From the NCBI RefSeq assembly GCF_036321535.1, contig NC_087437.1, forward strand, positions 28,770,001 to 28,834,000: 64,000 bases of DNA, written 5' to 3'. Below, in pieces: positions 1 through 11,833 of this stretch. Under the pieces are notes generated by a model. It ran no database searches, was not told where the DNA came from, and was given only the letters and a program-made list of their open reading frames with translations. Positions within the stretch are counted from its first letter, which is position 1. Each line of letters begins with the position of its first letter. Made by a program: the position numbers and the translations under genes. The stretch comes from Camelus dromedarius. Lineage: Eukaryota.

Positions 1-300
1 TCTTCATCAGTGAGGCCCTTCTCGAGAGCCTGACTATGTACCTCCCATCATGTCTCCCTTCCCTGCTAGGCTCCAGCTATACTGGACACTTTGACTTTTT
101 TATTCTTGGAACTTAACTAGACTCCCTCGTTGTCTAGGGCTTCAGCACCAGCTGCTCCCTCTGCCTGGAATGCTCTTCAGCCCAACCTCTGAATGACTGA
201 CACTTATTTTTCGGCTCTCAGCTTGAAATGCCATCTTTTCAAACAATATCTTCCTGACACAAGTTTAAAGGAGTTGCCCATGTGCAGTTTGCATCTACCA
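1..300 (+). mobile_element. L2 LINE fragment (appears to resume at ~2640-2700 and ~3205-3290)
   Basis: Typical L2 3' region motifs 'gctgctccctctgcctggaatgctcttc', 'ctcagcttgaaatgccatc'; later 'ctagaacataaactctgcaaaagcaggaacc'. Confidence 0.6.
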
Positions 301-607
301 TATTACGTTTTTTACTTATTCTTTATTCTGAAACAATCACAGAGGAATGGTAGAAGTACAGTATGAGGACATTTTTCCCTGAACCACTTGAGAGACGATG
401 CCGACAGGATTCCCCAGTCACTCTCTATTATTTTAGTGGCTGTTTCCTATCAACATGGATATTCTCCTATGTCACTGCAAGACAACCAACAAATCAGAAA
501 ACTAACATTAATACACTACTGCTATTCAATCATTTGGTTTTATTCACACTGTCCCAATAATATCTTTTATAACAGAAGAATCCAGTTCAAAATCATGCAT
601 TGCATTT

Positions 608-1347
608 TTTTAACATTTTTTATTGATTTATAATCATTTTACAATGTTGTGTCAAATTCCAGTGTTCAGCACAATTTTTCAGTCATACATGGACATATAC
701 ACACTCATTGTCACATTTTTTTCTCTGTTAGTTACCATAACGTTTTGTGTAAATTTCCCTGTGCTATACAGTATAATCTTGTTTATCTATTCTACAATTT
801 TGAAATCCCAGTCTATCCCTTCCCACCCTCCGCCCCCCTGGCAACCACAAGTCTGTATTCTCTGTCTATGAGTCTATTTCTGTCCTGTATTTATGCTTTG
901 TTTTTGTTTGTTTGTTTTTTAGATTCCACATATGAGCGATCTCATATGGTATTTTTCTTTCTCTTTCTGGAGAGGCTGTGGAGAAAGGGGAACCCTCCTA
1001 CACTGCTGGTGGGAATGCAGTTTGGTGCAGCCACTATTGAAAACAGTGTGGAGATTCCTCAAAAGACTAGGAATAGACTTACCGTATGACCCAGGAATCC
1101 CACTCCTGGGCCTGTATCCAGAAGGAACCCTACTTCAGGATGACACCTGCACCCCAATGTTCATAGCAGCACTATTTACAATAGCCAAAACATGGAAACA
1201 GCCTAAATGTCCATCAACAGGTGACTGGATAAAGAAGAGGTGGTATATTTATACAATGGAATACTACTCAGCCATAAAAACCGACAACATAACGCCATTT
1301 GCAGCAACATGGATGCTCCTGGAGAATGTCATTCTAAGCGAAGTAAG
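608..1347 (-). mobile_element. Young 5'-truncated, 5'-inverted L1 (3' end on - at 608-970, inverted ORF2 C-terminal segment on + at 967-1347)
   Basis: T-rich tail at left; L1 3'UTR on -; + strand frame encodes the ORF2 Cys-rich C-terminus ([14 protein letters not shown]...WKQPKCPS...EYYSAIK); exact 15-bp TSD tcatgcattgcattt at 593-607 and 1348-1362. Confidence 0.95.
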
Positions 1348-2149
1348 TCATGCATTGCATTTAGCTGTCCTTAGTCTCTTCAGTCTGGAAGAGTTCCACA
1401 CTTTTCCCTTGACTTTCATTACAGGTCAGATATTTTGTAGAATGTGTCTCAATTCGGATTTGCCTGATATTTCCTCATGCTTAGTTTCAGTTATGCATCA
1501 CTGGCAAGTCTATCACAGAAGTGACGCTCTGTCCCTCTCACTGTTTCCTCCCAGGTAGCACATGAGTGAGTTTGACTGCACCCAATGCAAGTAACATTCA
1601 CTGTGATCACTTGATTAGGGTGATGTCTGCCAGGCTTCTCTATAAAGTCATTCATTTCCTTTTGTAAGCATCTCGGGGGGAGGCACTGAAACGGTAAGTA
1701 TCATTTTCCCTGTCAAATTTCCAATTTTTTTCATGGTTCCCTGTTTTATTCAGTATGTTTAATCCACTGCTACATGATTGATTTTGATGCTCAAGCTGCC
1801 CCGGAGTTGGCTAGTGGGAGCCTCTCCCAGCTGACTTCTTTACCTAGTGACATTTTCCACTCATTGTGTCTGTGTTTTCCTGCTGTCTGGTATGCAGAAA
1901 TGTCTCAGGCTCATCTCGCTCATTCCCTGCCCCAGCCCTGGAATCAGCCATCTTTTCAAGGAGCCCTGTTTCCTTTTAGAGGAAAACAGTATTTAGAATT
2001 CAAGGTCTAGGGCTCTAGGTACACTCATTGCTATTGGACTTTGGTATTTGAGTCCTCTCAGTGGAAAGATCCAGGGAATAGACATTTTATATGCCATGTA
2101 TTTTTTACATGTCATATAATATACTCCCTCGATCCTTCCACTGGGAGAA

Positions 2150-2300
2150 CTCAAACATATAATGTAGTTTTATATATTTCTCTAACATATAATTTTATAT
2201 TTAATATGTTTATCATGTATATTAGAAATGTTTTTTGTATATTATAAAATATATGCATTTTTATATATGTGTTTATTTTCGTATTTATCTTCACATGTAT
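2150..2300. repeat. AT-rich low-complexity tract
   Basis: TA/T-rich run. Confidence 0.6.
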
Positions 2301-2700
2301 ACAAAGCTATACATTTTCCAGTCCAATCATGCAAGCAAGATTCATTCTAGTTTTCTCATTTTCTGAATTTGTAGCTTCTTTTCCCAACGGTGAGAAACTA
2401 GACTTCTATTATCCTTAGTACATTTTCTAATACGATGAATCCCCTTGTATCTTATCTCCGCCATCTCGCCCGGCCCCTGCCGGTGTTCCCACCCCCGCTC
2501 AGGCTCTGACAACCTGCACCAGTGACTACATCCCCCTCCTGCTCCTTGCTCTGAACCATCTAACAGTTTCAGGATTGAAATGTCCAGGAAGGGAAGAGAA
2601 GAGAAAGAGGTAGAAACAGGGAGGCATGTTCCATATCCTTCACGGAAGTTACCACAATATAATTTACTTTATTTCTCCTTCTTTCTTCCTTCCTTCCCTC

Positions 2701-3200
2701 TGTGAATGAAAAATACTACAAACCGTATCAGTGAACAAAGAATGCTGAAACCATCAAGTCCTCAGCTGCTGCCGCCTCCACCCCCCCCCCCCCCCCCCCC
2801 CGAGTGAAGACAAGCCTGCAGCCCGGCCTCTGCAGCCACTCACAGTGGTGCACTCTGAGCGGACTCAGAATAAGAAAGGACAGGATACTGGCCCTAGATA
2901 GCTAGGGGATTGTCAAAGGAATGAATTCAATGAGCCCAAATGTTTGCTTCCTCCCATACGCAGAAAAGCACTAAATTCTTTACCTTGAGGTGCTTGTTTT
3001 TCTTTAGATAACAAGTAATCTTTTATTGTTCCAACTACCTGGTCTTTGTTGTTAAGTCCCTAAATATCCTAGCTCCTCCCCTATCTCTTTGGAGCAGTCT
3101 CTCAGACTCAGATCTGAGAGGCTGTCATCTCGGCTCGAGTCCTCCTGCCAAATAAAACATAACTCTCAACTTTTAGGCTGCACATTTATTTCAGTCAACA
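2701..3200 (+). mobile_element. Solo LTR, ERV1-class-like, 500 bp
   Basis: TG...CA termini (tgtgaa...tcaaca), 4-bp TSD cctc at 2697-2700 and 3201-3204, AATAAA at 3151-3156, TATA-like taaata near 3061. Confidence 0.85.
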
Positions 3201-3869
3201 CCTCCTTCCTTCCTTCTTTACCTTCATATGTCTCTCCCAACTAGAACATAAACTCTGCAAAAGCAGGAACCTTTCTTGTGCTGTTACTGAAAAATTCGGG
3301 CATTTGGGAGGCAAGCAGTGGCTGTCACACACATTGGATTAAAAAAGGCTTAGTTAGGGCATTTATTTTTCTTCGAATTAGTTAGACCTTGAATTAGATA
3401 GACAGATAGCAATCAGTTCAAGTGCAGATTTCACATTTACCCAGGTTGTTTCAGACTTGTAAAGGCTAAAGCTTTTAAAATTATAGCTTTTGTCAATTTT
3501 GGAGTTACGGCTACCTGGATAAAAACGATTCTACTTTTTGGTGTTTAATGTTAATAACGTATTACTTAAATTTTTTAAAGTATCTTAACTATAACAGTCC
3601 CCTCAAAAGAGTATTCAGTTGAATTAAGTTTGTAGTGTTCAGAAGTTAATTCAATAGAAGATTTACTTTGTACATTTAAGTTATGTAGTTTCTTTATTCT
3701 TTTTTTAATCTATGGAATATACATGTTGCCATTTTGATAGGATTGTAGCAAAGAAAAACTGATTTAAATGTAAATTATCTTCTACATGTCAGGAAGATAA
3801 ATAACATAATTCTTTATGTGAAGAGATTGGTTTATTTTTTCCCCCATTTTCTAATGTGATCTCCTCCAG

Positions 3870-3940
3870 AGGGACAAGCTTTGAACTTGGAGACATTCTG
3901 CATGCTGCTGCATGTCCCATGTGATACGCTAGTTGCTAAG
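3870..3940 (+). CDS. Candidate internal coding exon (71 nt, phase 1 to phase 0): xGQALNLETFCMLLHVPCDTLVAK; host gene not recognised
   Basis: Pyrimidine-rich acceptor ...ctaatgtgatctcctccAG, donor AAG|gtaact, only one of three frames is stop-free, GC higher than AT-rich non-repeat flanks. Confidence 0.5.
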
Positions 3941-4919
3941 GTAACTGTATTTTCCTGAAAATACCATACTAAACAGGCGCCTGAATCATCAGTGTGCAAC
4001 TATTATATTAATTGAAATTTAAATAAACACATAATGCTCAGATAATTCTGGATCCTTTCTCTGATTTTACTCTGGCTTTGATATTCAAAAGCACAATCGC
4101 GGGGTAGTCAATTATACAGAGCAGTCAAAATATTTTATAAGTTACAACTCATAAAATTTCTCAGGTTCTGCTAATTAGGGGATACGTAATCACTTGATCT
4201 AGATTGGACATATCTTTGCAATCTCTCTGCATACAAATTTGCTAAGCAAAGTTACAGAAGAAACTGGATTGCAGGACACCTAAGAAATTAAATGGCTTTT
4301 CAGAGCCTTAACATATTTTTGTAAACAACCTGATATTTCTAATAACAATTGAATCTTTTTGGAGTGGAACTTTAAAACACTGGCTCTTTCCCTTGATATA
4401 TCTTATTAAAAATGGTATAGTATCTATGCATATTGATAGTTACATATATGTGTTATATTCACTTGGAATTAATAAATCCGAAAGTATTTTTCCTATAGTT
4501 GATCTGGAAGTCTTTGTCTATAGGTCATACATTTCTTAATTTAGACTCTTCATTTCATCAGTTAGCAAGTTTTAATGTTTTAATATGGCATTTATTCAGT
4601 GAAGCAACTTGATAAGATACATAGAATTTCATAGGTTTGATATTTCTATCATCCACACATTCTTGATTGATTTGTTAGCTAAAAGCATACCTTAAAAATT
4701 CTCCATTTCTCTCTTGTAGCTTTTCTTGATTCCCTGCACTTTTTTTTAATCAAGAAAGTCAACTTCACTCTGCAACCACAGAAATACATTTCCTGAATAT
4801 ATTTGGGTTTAAGAGAGTGTGCAGTAACATTTTTGAAAAATATTGCTATTTTTGGAAACACACTCATATCTGATTCAGTGACAAAAAAATCTACCTGACT
4901 CAAATATTTGCACTGTCAC

Positions 4920-5140
4920 TAGAGTTAAATGGCCACAATTCAAATTCAGTTCTGCCCCTTTTCTACAGCTGGACCTGGGGCTAGCCAGAGAAAGCACCAG
5001 TTTCCCCATCAGAACTTTGGGGATTATAATAATGTATATATACTTCTTAGGGTTGTCAGGGGATTAAATCAGATCATTGCTGTAAGGAATCAACATGGTG
5101 CTTGACACATAATAAGTGTTTAATAAGGGTTATCTGCTTT
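4920..5140 (+). mobile_element. MIR SINE
   Basis: Core 'cagtttccccatc...ggggattataataatg...agggttgtcaggggattaaat...gcttgacacataataagtgtttaataa'. Confidence 0.7.
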
Positions 5141-6479
5141 TATTTCTAATATCAATATTAAGTCCATTGGAATGAGAAAGTCATTTAAAATATTCTTTCA
5201 CATACTGAACATAAATGTTTGGGACTCGGGCACTGTAGATTTCACCAGGGGCCATTTCAGCTTCCTGGAGATGTAAACTTTATCTCAGAGCACTTGGGGA
5301 GGTTCCTTTTGTGAAACCTCAATACCAGTTTCTAAGAAAATGACGATTTCAACCAAGTTAATTTTTGAGAGTGAAGCCTGACTTCCTCCTTTAAATGACA
5401 AAGCTTTCTAGTTTAAATTAACTTATTACACACTCCCAAGTCTTAGTCAAAAAGGAATATTTGAACATCGGTTGACATTTTCTTGGTGACTCATGCTGCT
5501 CCCCACAAAGTAGTGTTGCAATCCAGCACTGCCCTTGGGGAGCGCTGAAATACATGGGCAGGTTTGTCCTGGACAACTGATTTTCTGTTTGATGGTTCTT
5601 TGCACTCTTTCTTCACCGTCAGTTGTCCCTCTATGTTTTTAGAAGTTTGGGCCCTGTCTCAATTTTAACAAAATAATTTGGAAAGAGACCAGGTTGCCAG
5701 GTGAAAGGAAATGCCCGAGCAAGCAGACAACAGTAAATGTACAACAGTAAATCGCTGGACCTGAGACAGTTGCTCCGCTCCCTCTAGGAGTCCTGTTCTG
5801 GGAGGTTTGAGGTTGCTGTGATTCCATCAACAGGCTAAATGAGACAGTTTACAGTCTTGGGTGGACATAAAGATGTCCTAGTGAAGAAGGTTTCATTTAA
5901 TGGGGAGACTGAGCATGCCTGTCGATTCCACTCTCAGTAGCATGAAATAAAAATGAGTCATGCTTGTTGCATAATCAGTTTGTCTCCTGAGTCACACCAG
6001 TTCTCCAGAAGCGGCTTCACCTGCTTTCCTGCAGATAGTAATCTAATTGTTATTTTAATTACATTTACAGTGTCTGCACTTTGGCTTACACTATGTAGTC
6101 TGATGCAGAAATCAGTTTATTTGAAACTCCTTTTTAATTTTCTCTTGATAAAGGAACTTCTCACATAGTTTTATTAATTAGACTTTCTGTCACTTGAAAC
6201 CATTATGTATTGAAGTCTGTTGTCTTTCAACTTTGGAACTTTTTTTTGGATGTACAATTTTAGACTAAGTCTCATATTTTTACTTCTTTTTGGTAACAAA
6301 GACTTGAAGATACATTATTCTTGATTTATCTGTATTACTCAACCATATTGTCTACCTATTATCACATCTGTTATTTTTGTAACCAAGATGTTATTATTTA
6401 GTTTCTTCAATAATTCTAATTTATTTCAATGTCCTCTGAGCCAAATTAGTTCATTACTTAAACAAACATTCATTATGGT

Positions 6480-6860
6480 CTTCTTGTTAATCATTTTGTG
6501 TATCATTCATAGCCAGCACAATGCCTGGTATACATTAGTTGCTCAATGTATGTTCATCATGAATAAATAAAGAAATGAATATTGATACCAGGCTTCGTGT
6601 TACCTTAGTTGTGACTGTGGATAATTTGATGGAGATGTTTTTATTGCTGTTGCTTTCGATGGTGTATTTGTCTAATCCATCAGCTTATTCACTTGTTTTT
6701 TGTAATCAGATGAAGTTTTGCAGGATAGGATTTTGTTGGTACAGAGAAATGCAGAAAGAGGCTAGGTCCATCAGCAACCCCGTCATATGCCCAGCACCTC
6801 ACTAAGTATCAGAGACACAGTAGATGCTCAGTAAGTATTTCTTGACTCAGTGAATGAATT
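6480..6860 (+). mobile_element. Two L2 3'-terminal fragments
   Basis: 'gcacaatgcctggtatacattagttgctcaatg...atgaataaat' and 'cacagtagatgctcagtaagtattt...tgaatgaat'. Confidence 0.55.
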
Positions 6861-7775
6861 CAGAAGTCTCATAATAGGAGAGGGATAAAGAAGTGGAATT
6901 CTAATTCATTTGCTTGTGGTGAGAGCTATGGGCATACAGTCCCTTGACTGTGTGTCCCCATCACAAGTTCATTATCTGTTTGTGAACAATTCTATGTAGG
7001 AAGACAAAGGCCAACTATAATTATCTTGAGAACTGGGAGATGACTATGAAATGCTCCCTAACTACAGCAGGCTTTTTAAGGAGTATGAAAGCAAAATATG
7101 TTCTCACCCACAGCCCGAGTCATTGAGACCGTATCAATCCATGACTCAGAACATACACTCTATCCAAGAGTCCAGTCACTTCTGCTCGTGTTTCGTGTGT
7201 TTAAATATTCCCTTGCTGACTGTGTCACCTTTAATAGCCGTATGACCTTTGAAAACCATACTCTTTGTTCAACTATGAAAACCACTGTCTTCAAGACCAC
7301 TCTGGAGTTATCCATGATATGTCAATCTTATAGCTTACACTTCTGATGGCAAACATATTCACTTTTAAGTTACAGAAGTCCTCAAAGTCTTTCTGATTTA
7401 CTCATAGGAAAAATGGCTAGCAAAATGAGTAGACTTGTAAAGATAACAGATGTTCAAATGAACCATCCTTTTGTTGCTTGCTACTTTCCATCCCAATTCA
7501 AAATTTTAAAGCCAACTTCTGGTTCCAGACTACAAGTCTAGAGTTCCTCCTTTACAATGACGTTGCTTCAAAACACTTGTTAAATGATCACAAGGAACGG
7601 TGGGGAGAAACCATGTATAAATAGCATATTTAGAGAGAGATGAAGGTAGGCAAAGTACTATCAACAATACAGATCAGATCATAGGGGCTGGGAGAGGCAG
7701 CGGGAAAAGGCTATGAAAAGAGGCTTTACTCAGCAAATATTTACTGAGCACTTACTATGGGTAGATGTAAGTTCT

Positions 7776-8274
7776 TGTGGTGTATGCTGAATAATGGATC
7801 TCACATCCTCATCTTTAGAATCTATGAATCTTTAGAACCTTACATGACAAAACAAAAACAAAAACTTTGTAGATGTAATCAAGTTAAGGATTCTGAGATA
7901 AGAAGGTTATTTTAGATTATCCTGGTGGGTCCAATGTAATCACAGGTGTCCCTAAAAGAGAGAGAAGGAGATCTGATACTCAAAGAGAAGGGGTGTGAGG
8001 ACAGAGCAGAGGGAGATTGGAAGCTATTGGCCTTGAAGACTGGAGTAACGCATCCTACGAACCAAGTACTGTCAGCAGCCACTCCTTAAAGAAAACAGAA
8101 AGAGGCAAGGAGAAGATTCTCCAGGAGAAGCACAGCCCTGCCAACACCCTGGTTTCAGTTCAGTGATACTGATTTCAGACTCTGGCCCCGAGAACTGTGA
8201 GATAATAAATTTCTATTGTTTTAAGCCACCACGTTTGTGCTAATTTGTAGTATCAGCTTCGGAAAATTAAAACA
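7776..8274 (+). mobile_element. MaLR solo LTR (MLT1D-like)
   Basis: 'tgtggtgtatgctgaataatgg...gatgtaatcaagttaaggat...ggtgggtccaatgtaatcacagg...gaactgtgagataataaatttctattgttttaagccacc...aaaca'. Confidence 0.85.
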
Positions 8275-11099
8275 ATGCCTGAAGTTAGTAAAGAAAGATA
8301 GACACAAATCTGGCTCCTCACTTTCTATGAGTGTGATTCTAAAAAAGCAGGGGAGAAATTTACACCTACTACCCACCTACTGTGTTCCAGGCACTGGACA
8401 CTTTCTGTGCATCATTTCAACCTTCACAACTTCATTGTTTTTTCTGACCACCATCTATATTTCTTGGAATACCTCTTATACTAGTGTGAGTAGCATGATT
8501 AGTAATAATAATAATAATAGCATTTGCCTCAGATGGCATGTTTTCCAGGGTTTTTTTTTTCTTATTCTAAGCAGCTATTCTTATAGGGTTCCTTATTTTA
8601 GCCTGTAAGCTTAGGTTGCCCTAAAGATCTCAGTTACTCTGTCTGGAATGAGTATTAGGGAAAATCTGAAGGACACACTCTACCCGTCATAAGAAGAAAT
8701 TATTCTTATTTGCCACCATCTGACCAACTTCTGCTTAGCTCTAAATGCTCCAGGAAAAGCAGGAAGTCACTGCCCTGAGGAGTAATCCACCCACCATGAG
8801 CATGAAGAAGGGACGGGGTAAAAAGGCAAAACACCAAGGCTGGTAGGGAGCACAAGTTCTCATCAACTCTCAGGCCCAACCAGGCCTCAGGTCTGCTCTG
8901 CCACGTCTCCCGAGGACATCGGCCCCGTGGGTACCTGCCACAGAACTGTGAGGCCAGGGGACGGCAGTGACTGTCCTAAGGGAGCAGAGAGGGGAAGGGC
9001 AGAACTTAATTGATTATCCCTTTCTCTGCTGCTGCTCTTGACCCCTGACCACAGGCTCACCTTCTCCCTGCTCCACCAATCCACACTCACTCCAGTAGCT
9101 TTCCTTCTCCTGACAGTTTCCTCTCATATTTGCTGCTTGTTGTGTCTTGAAGTCTGTATTTCCTGCATACAATGAGACCCGCAGAAGAGAGGGCTCCGGG
9201 GCAAAGTTGGACGTGTACGCCATGGGCGCCCAGCTGTCTCATTGCTATTAAACCTGCTGGACTCACAGTCGGAAGTTCTGTTTCTTACTGAGGAGCCAAG
9301 ATAGATCCAGCTCCTTAGGAACCTGTGGGCTTTAGGAACCATCTGACCACGTCTTTGCCATCTGTGCATATCCTGGGATTCCTCCCCTTACTCGCCACTG
9401 AGTCTGGAAACCTGGGAGGCAGCATTAACTCTCGCACTTTTTCTTCTTAACTTGTATCTGGTTAGCTATATTCTCTACGTAAATACCAACATGGTTAGAG
9501 GAAAAGGAACTTTCCTTTAGTTCCACCTTCAAAGCTCAGAAGTTAGTCTCAGTCAGGATGGACAAGGGGATGAATACAACAGCAGAGTCAAACCAAATAG
9601 ACTGTCCTAAGAATGTGAACCTTGGCTAGAATCTCATAAAGTCTGAAAAAACATTGGAACTGGTTGACTTCAAAGACCGCCCTCCACTTTGCCTAAGTTC
9701 CAGTCTTCAGTTTAAGCATATTCTTTATATTGCTCAAGTTAGGCAAAGTCCATCAGTCCTGCTTACCACCAAAACCTTAATCAGTTCACTTAACTTGCAG
9801 GTTACTAGGAAAAATTAAATAAGATACTGTACATGAAGCTTTGGGCATGGTGCCTGACACGAGCATGTGATGAATGTAAACCTGATGTTACTAAGGATGA
9901 GGGTGAAGATCAAGATGATATGCACAGGTGCTTTGTGAAGGTTATAAATGCCAGTTATTGTAAGTCCATCAGCACTCTTACGCTGAGAGGGACAATTCAA
10001 TACATGCAGACTATACATTCCTGTTACTTAAATTCATGTTGTGTTAGAGATTCCGTCTTGTGCTGTTCACCCCACTGCATGAGAACTTACTGTACTTGTT
10101 CCTTCTCTTTAGATAAACAGTGGCAATGTGTCCAAATTAATCCAGCTGGAATTAATTAAATTAGCCTATTGGAAAAATAACATACTTTAGGTACATTTCT
10201 GAAGACTCCATCTCAGCATTAAACATTTCCTTAAGAAATTAATAAAATTTGCTGATGGTCTGTCTCATCTGACCATCTGGGTTTGCACACTAATTGCTGC
10301 TGACGAGTCACGCTTTCTGTTGAATTTTAAAGCTCAGGTAGAAACAGCATTTTGTTCTTTATCTCTCCTGCTTCAGTTCACACTCATTCACAAAAGAGAA
10401 TTCAAACAAATAGATTAAGAAAAGTGAGCAGGCGCATAATCCCAGGGTATGTCCATATACTTTCATTATAACATAGGTTAGGCCTTAAAAGTTAAATATT
10501 TCTAGAAAAAAACTTAGTAACAGATACAACCATTAAGGAGAAGAAACAGAATTCCAGCTCCGGGCGTCTTGGTGTAATCGGTGGATGGCTAAGCTCCTTC
10601 TCTTGCCTAGATACAGCAGGTGTGCCCCATTCAATAAACCAGTTAGCAAAGGTTTTCTGAGTGTGCTCAGCCACTGATATTGCTGTTACAGAGGTTACAG
10701 AAAACATACAAAGGAAGTTAGGAATTCTAGAATCCTAAGACTTAGTTGACGATCCAGCTTCACTATCTACTAAACATTTTATCTAAATTTTTATGAAAAT
10801 TAAGGAGACTGATGGACCTACCGACCACTCAAGGGGATGCTGGAATCAAATAGTGCTTCTGAGACTGTGTAACAAATATCTAGAAATTATTCCTTACAAT
10901 TATTTTGAGGAATGGGGTTGGTGAGCTTATACATTAACCAGGAAGGCATTATCAAACATAAGATGACTCTTTACCATCAAGTGCAAAGTTGGCAGTATAG
11001 GCTACTTTTGGAACCATTCACAACTTGGACTAGAATTTCACTGAGCCTGTGAAATTTTAACTGATACTTCTCCTATCTCTGTAAATACTATCACCTTGG

Positions 11100-11660
11100 A
11101 ATCATATTTCATACCCTGATCTGATTCATCACACAATCTCGTTGGCTTTCCTTTCAAACCAAACCTCAAGTCTGTCCATGTTTTCCCACCTCCACTGTTA
11201 AGATCCTGGTCCAAGCCTCTGTCATCTCACACCTGGCCAAGTGCAGAAGTTCCCTAGCTGTTCACCTCCATTTTCTTTTGATTCTCTGTTAATTATTCTC
11301 ACAATATTGAGTTGACTCTTAAAACTTTAAGTCTTAGAGTATCACTCTCCTGTTCCCAACTCTCCAACAGCAATCCAGACATTTAGAAGAAAATGAAAAA
11401 AAAAAAAAAGATTACTGAGAGGTATAAAGCTCTCTAGTGTATCTTTAGATATAATTATTACATCTAAGAACTTGGATATGCCATTCAACAAGAGAGTGAA
11501 GCTGAATCTTCAGCTAAGTCCTATGTCTGTGTCTGCCACTTCGCGTCTCACTCCTCTTGCCTCATTCATCAGCTCCAGCTCCCTCCTCATCAGATGCAAG
11601 CTCCTGCCTTTAAGTCTTCACTGGCTACTCTCTCTGACTGGAATGCTGAGTTCCACCGCA
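11100..11660 (+). mobile_element. L2 fragments
   Basis: 'ctggtccaagcctctgtcatctcacacctgg', 'atcactctcctgttcccaactctccaacag', 'ctctctctgactggaatgc'. Confidence 0.6.
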
Positions 11661-11789
11661 TACCAAATAAAAAGTACACACACAAAGTGACTCCATGTTA
11701 ACTGTGCAAGGCCAAACAATGAAAGGTTTTGAAAGCAACATAATACCTTCACCACTTTGGGTACAAAAAAAAAAAAAAAATACGAGATA

Positions 11790-11791
<2 letters not shown>

Positions 11792-11832
<41 letters not shown>
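11792..11832. repeat. (AC)~20 microsatellite, preceded by an A-run at 11765-11780
   Basis: Perfect dinucleotide run. Confidence 0.98.

Positions 11833-11833
<1 letters not shown>

Larger units (their letters stand above)
305..2620 (-). mobile_element. Old L1M (L1MC/L1ME-like) 3' region, interrupted by a young L1 at 608-1347
   Basis: 'catgcattgcatttagctgtccttagtctcttcagtctggaagagttcc', 'tattttgtagaatgtgtctcaattcggatttgcctgatatttcctcatg' resemble the ancient L1M 3' end; the sequence reads continuously across the TSD. Confidence 0.6.

Noticed and set aside
649..1089. 146-aa ORF as a gene
   Set aside because: Antisense L1 3'UTR plus off-frame ORF2; typical spurious L1-derived peptide.
9185..9304. 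Terminal exon continuing the 3870-3940 exon (KRGLRGKVGR...)
   Set aside because: Acceptor lacks a polypyrimidine tract and the peptide has no recognisable features.
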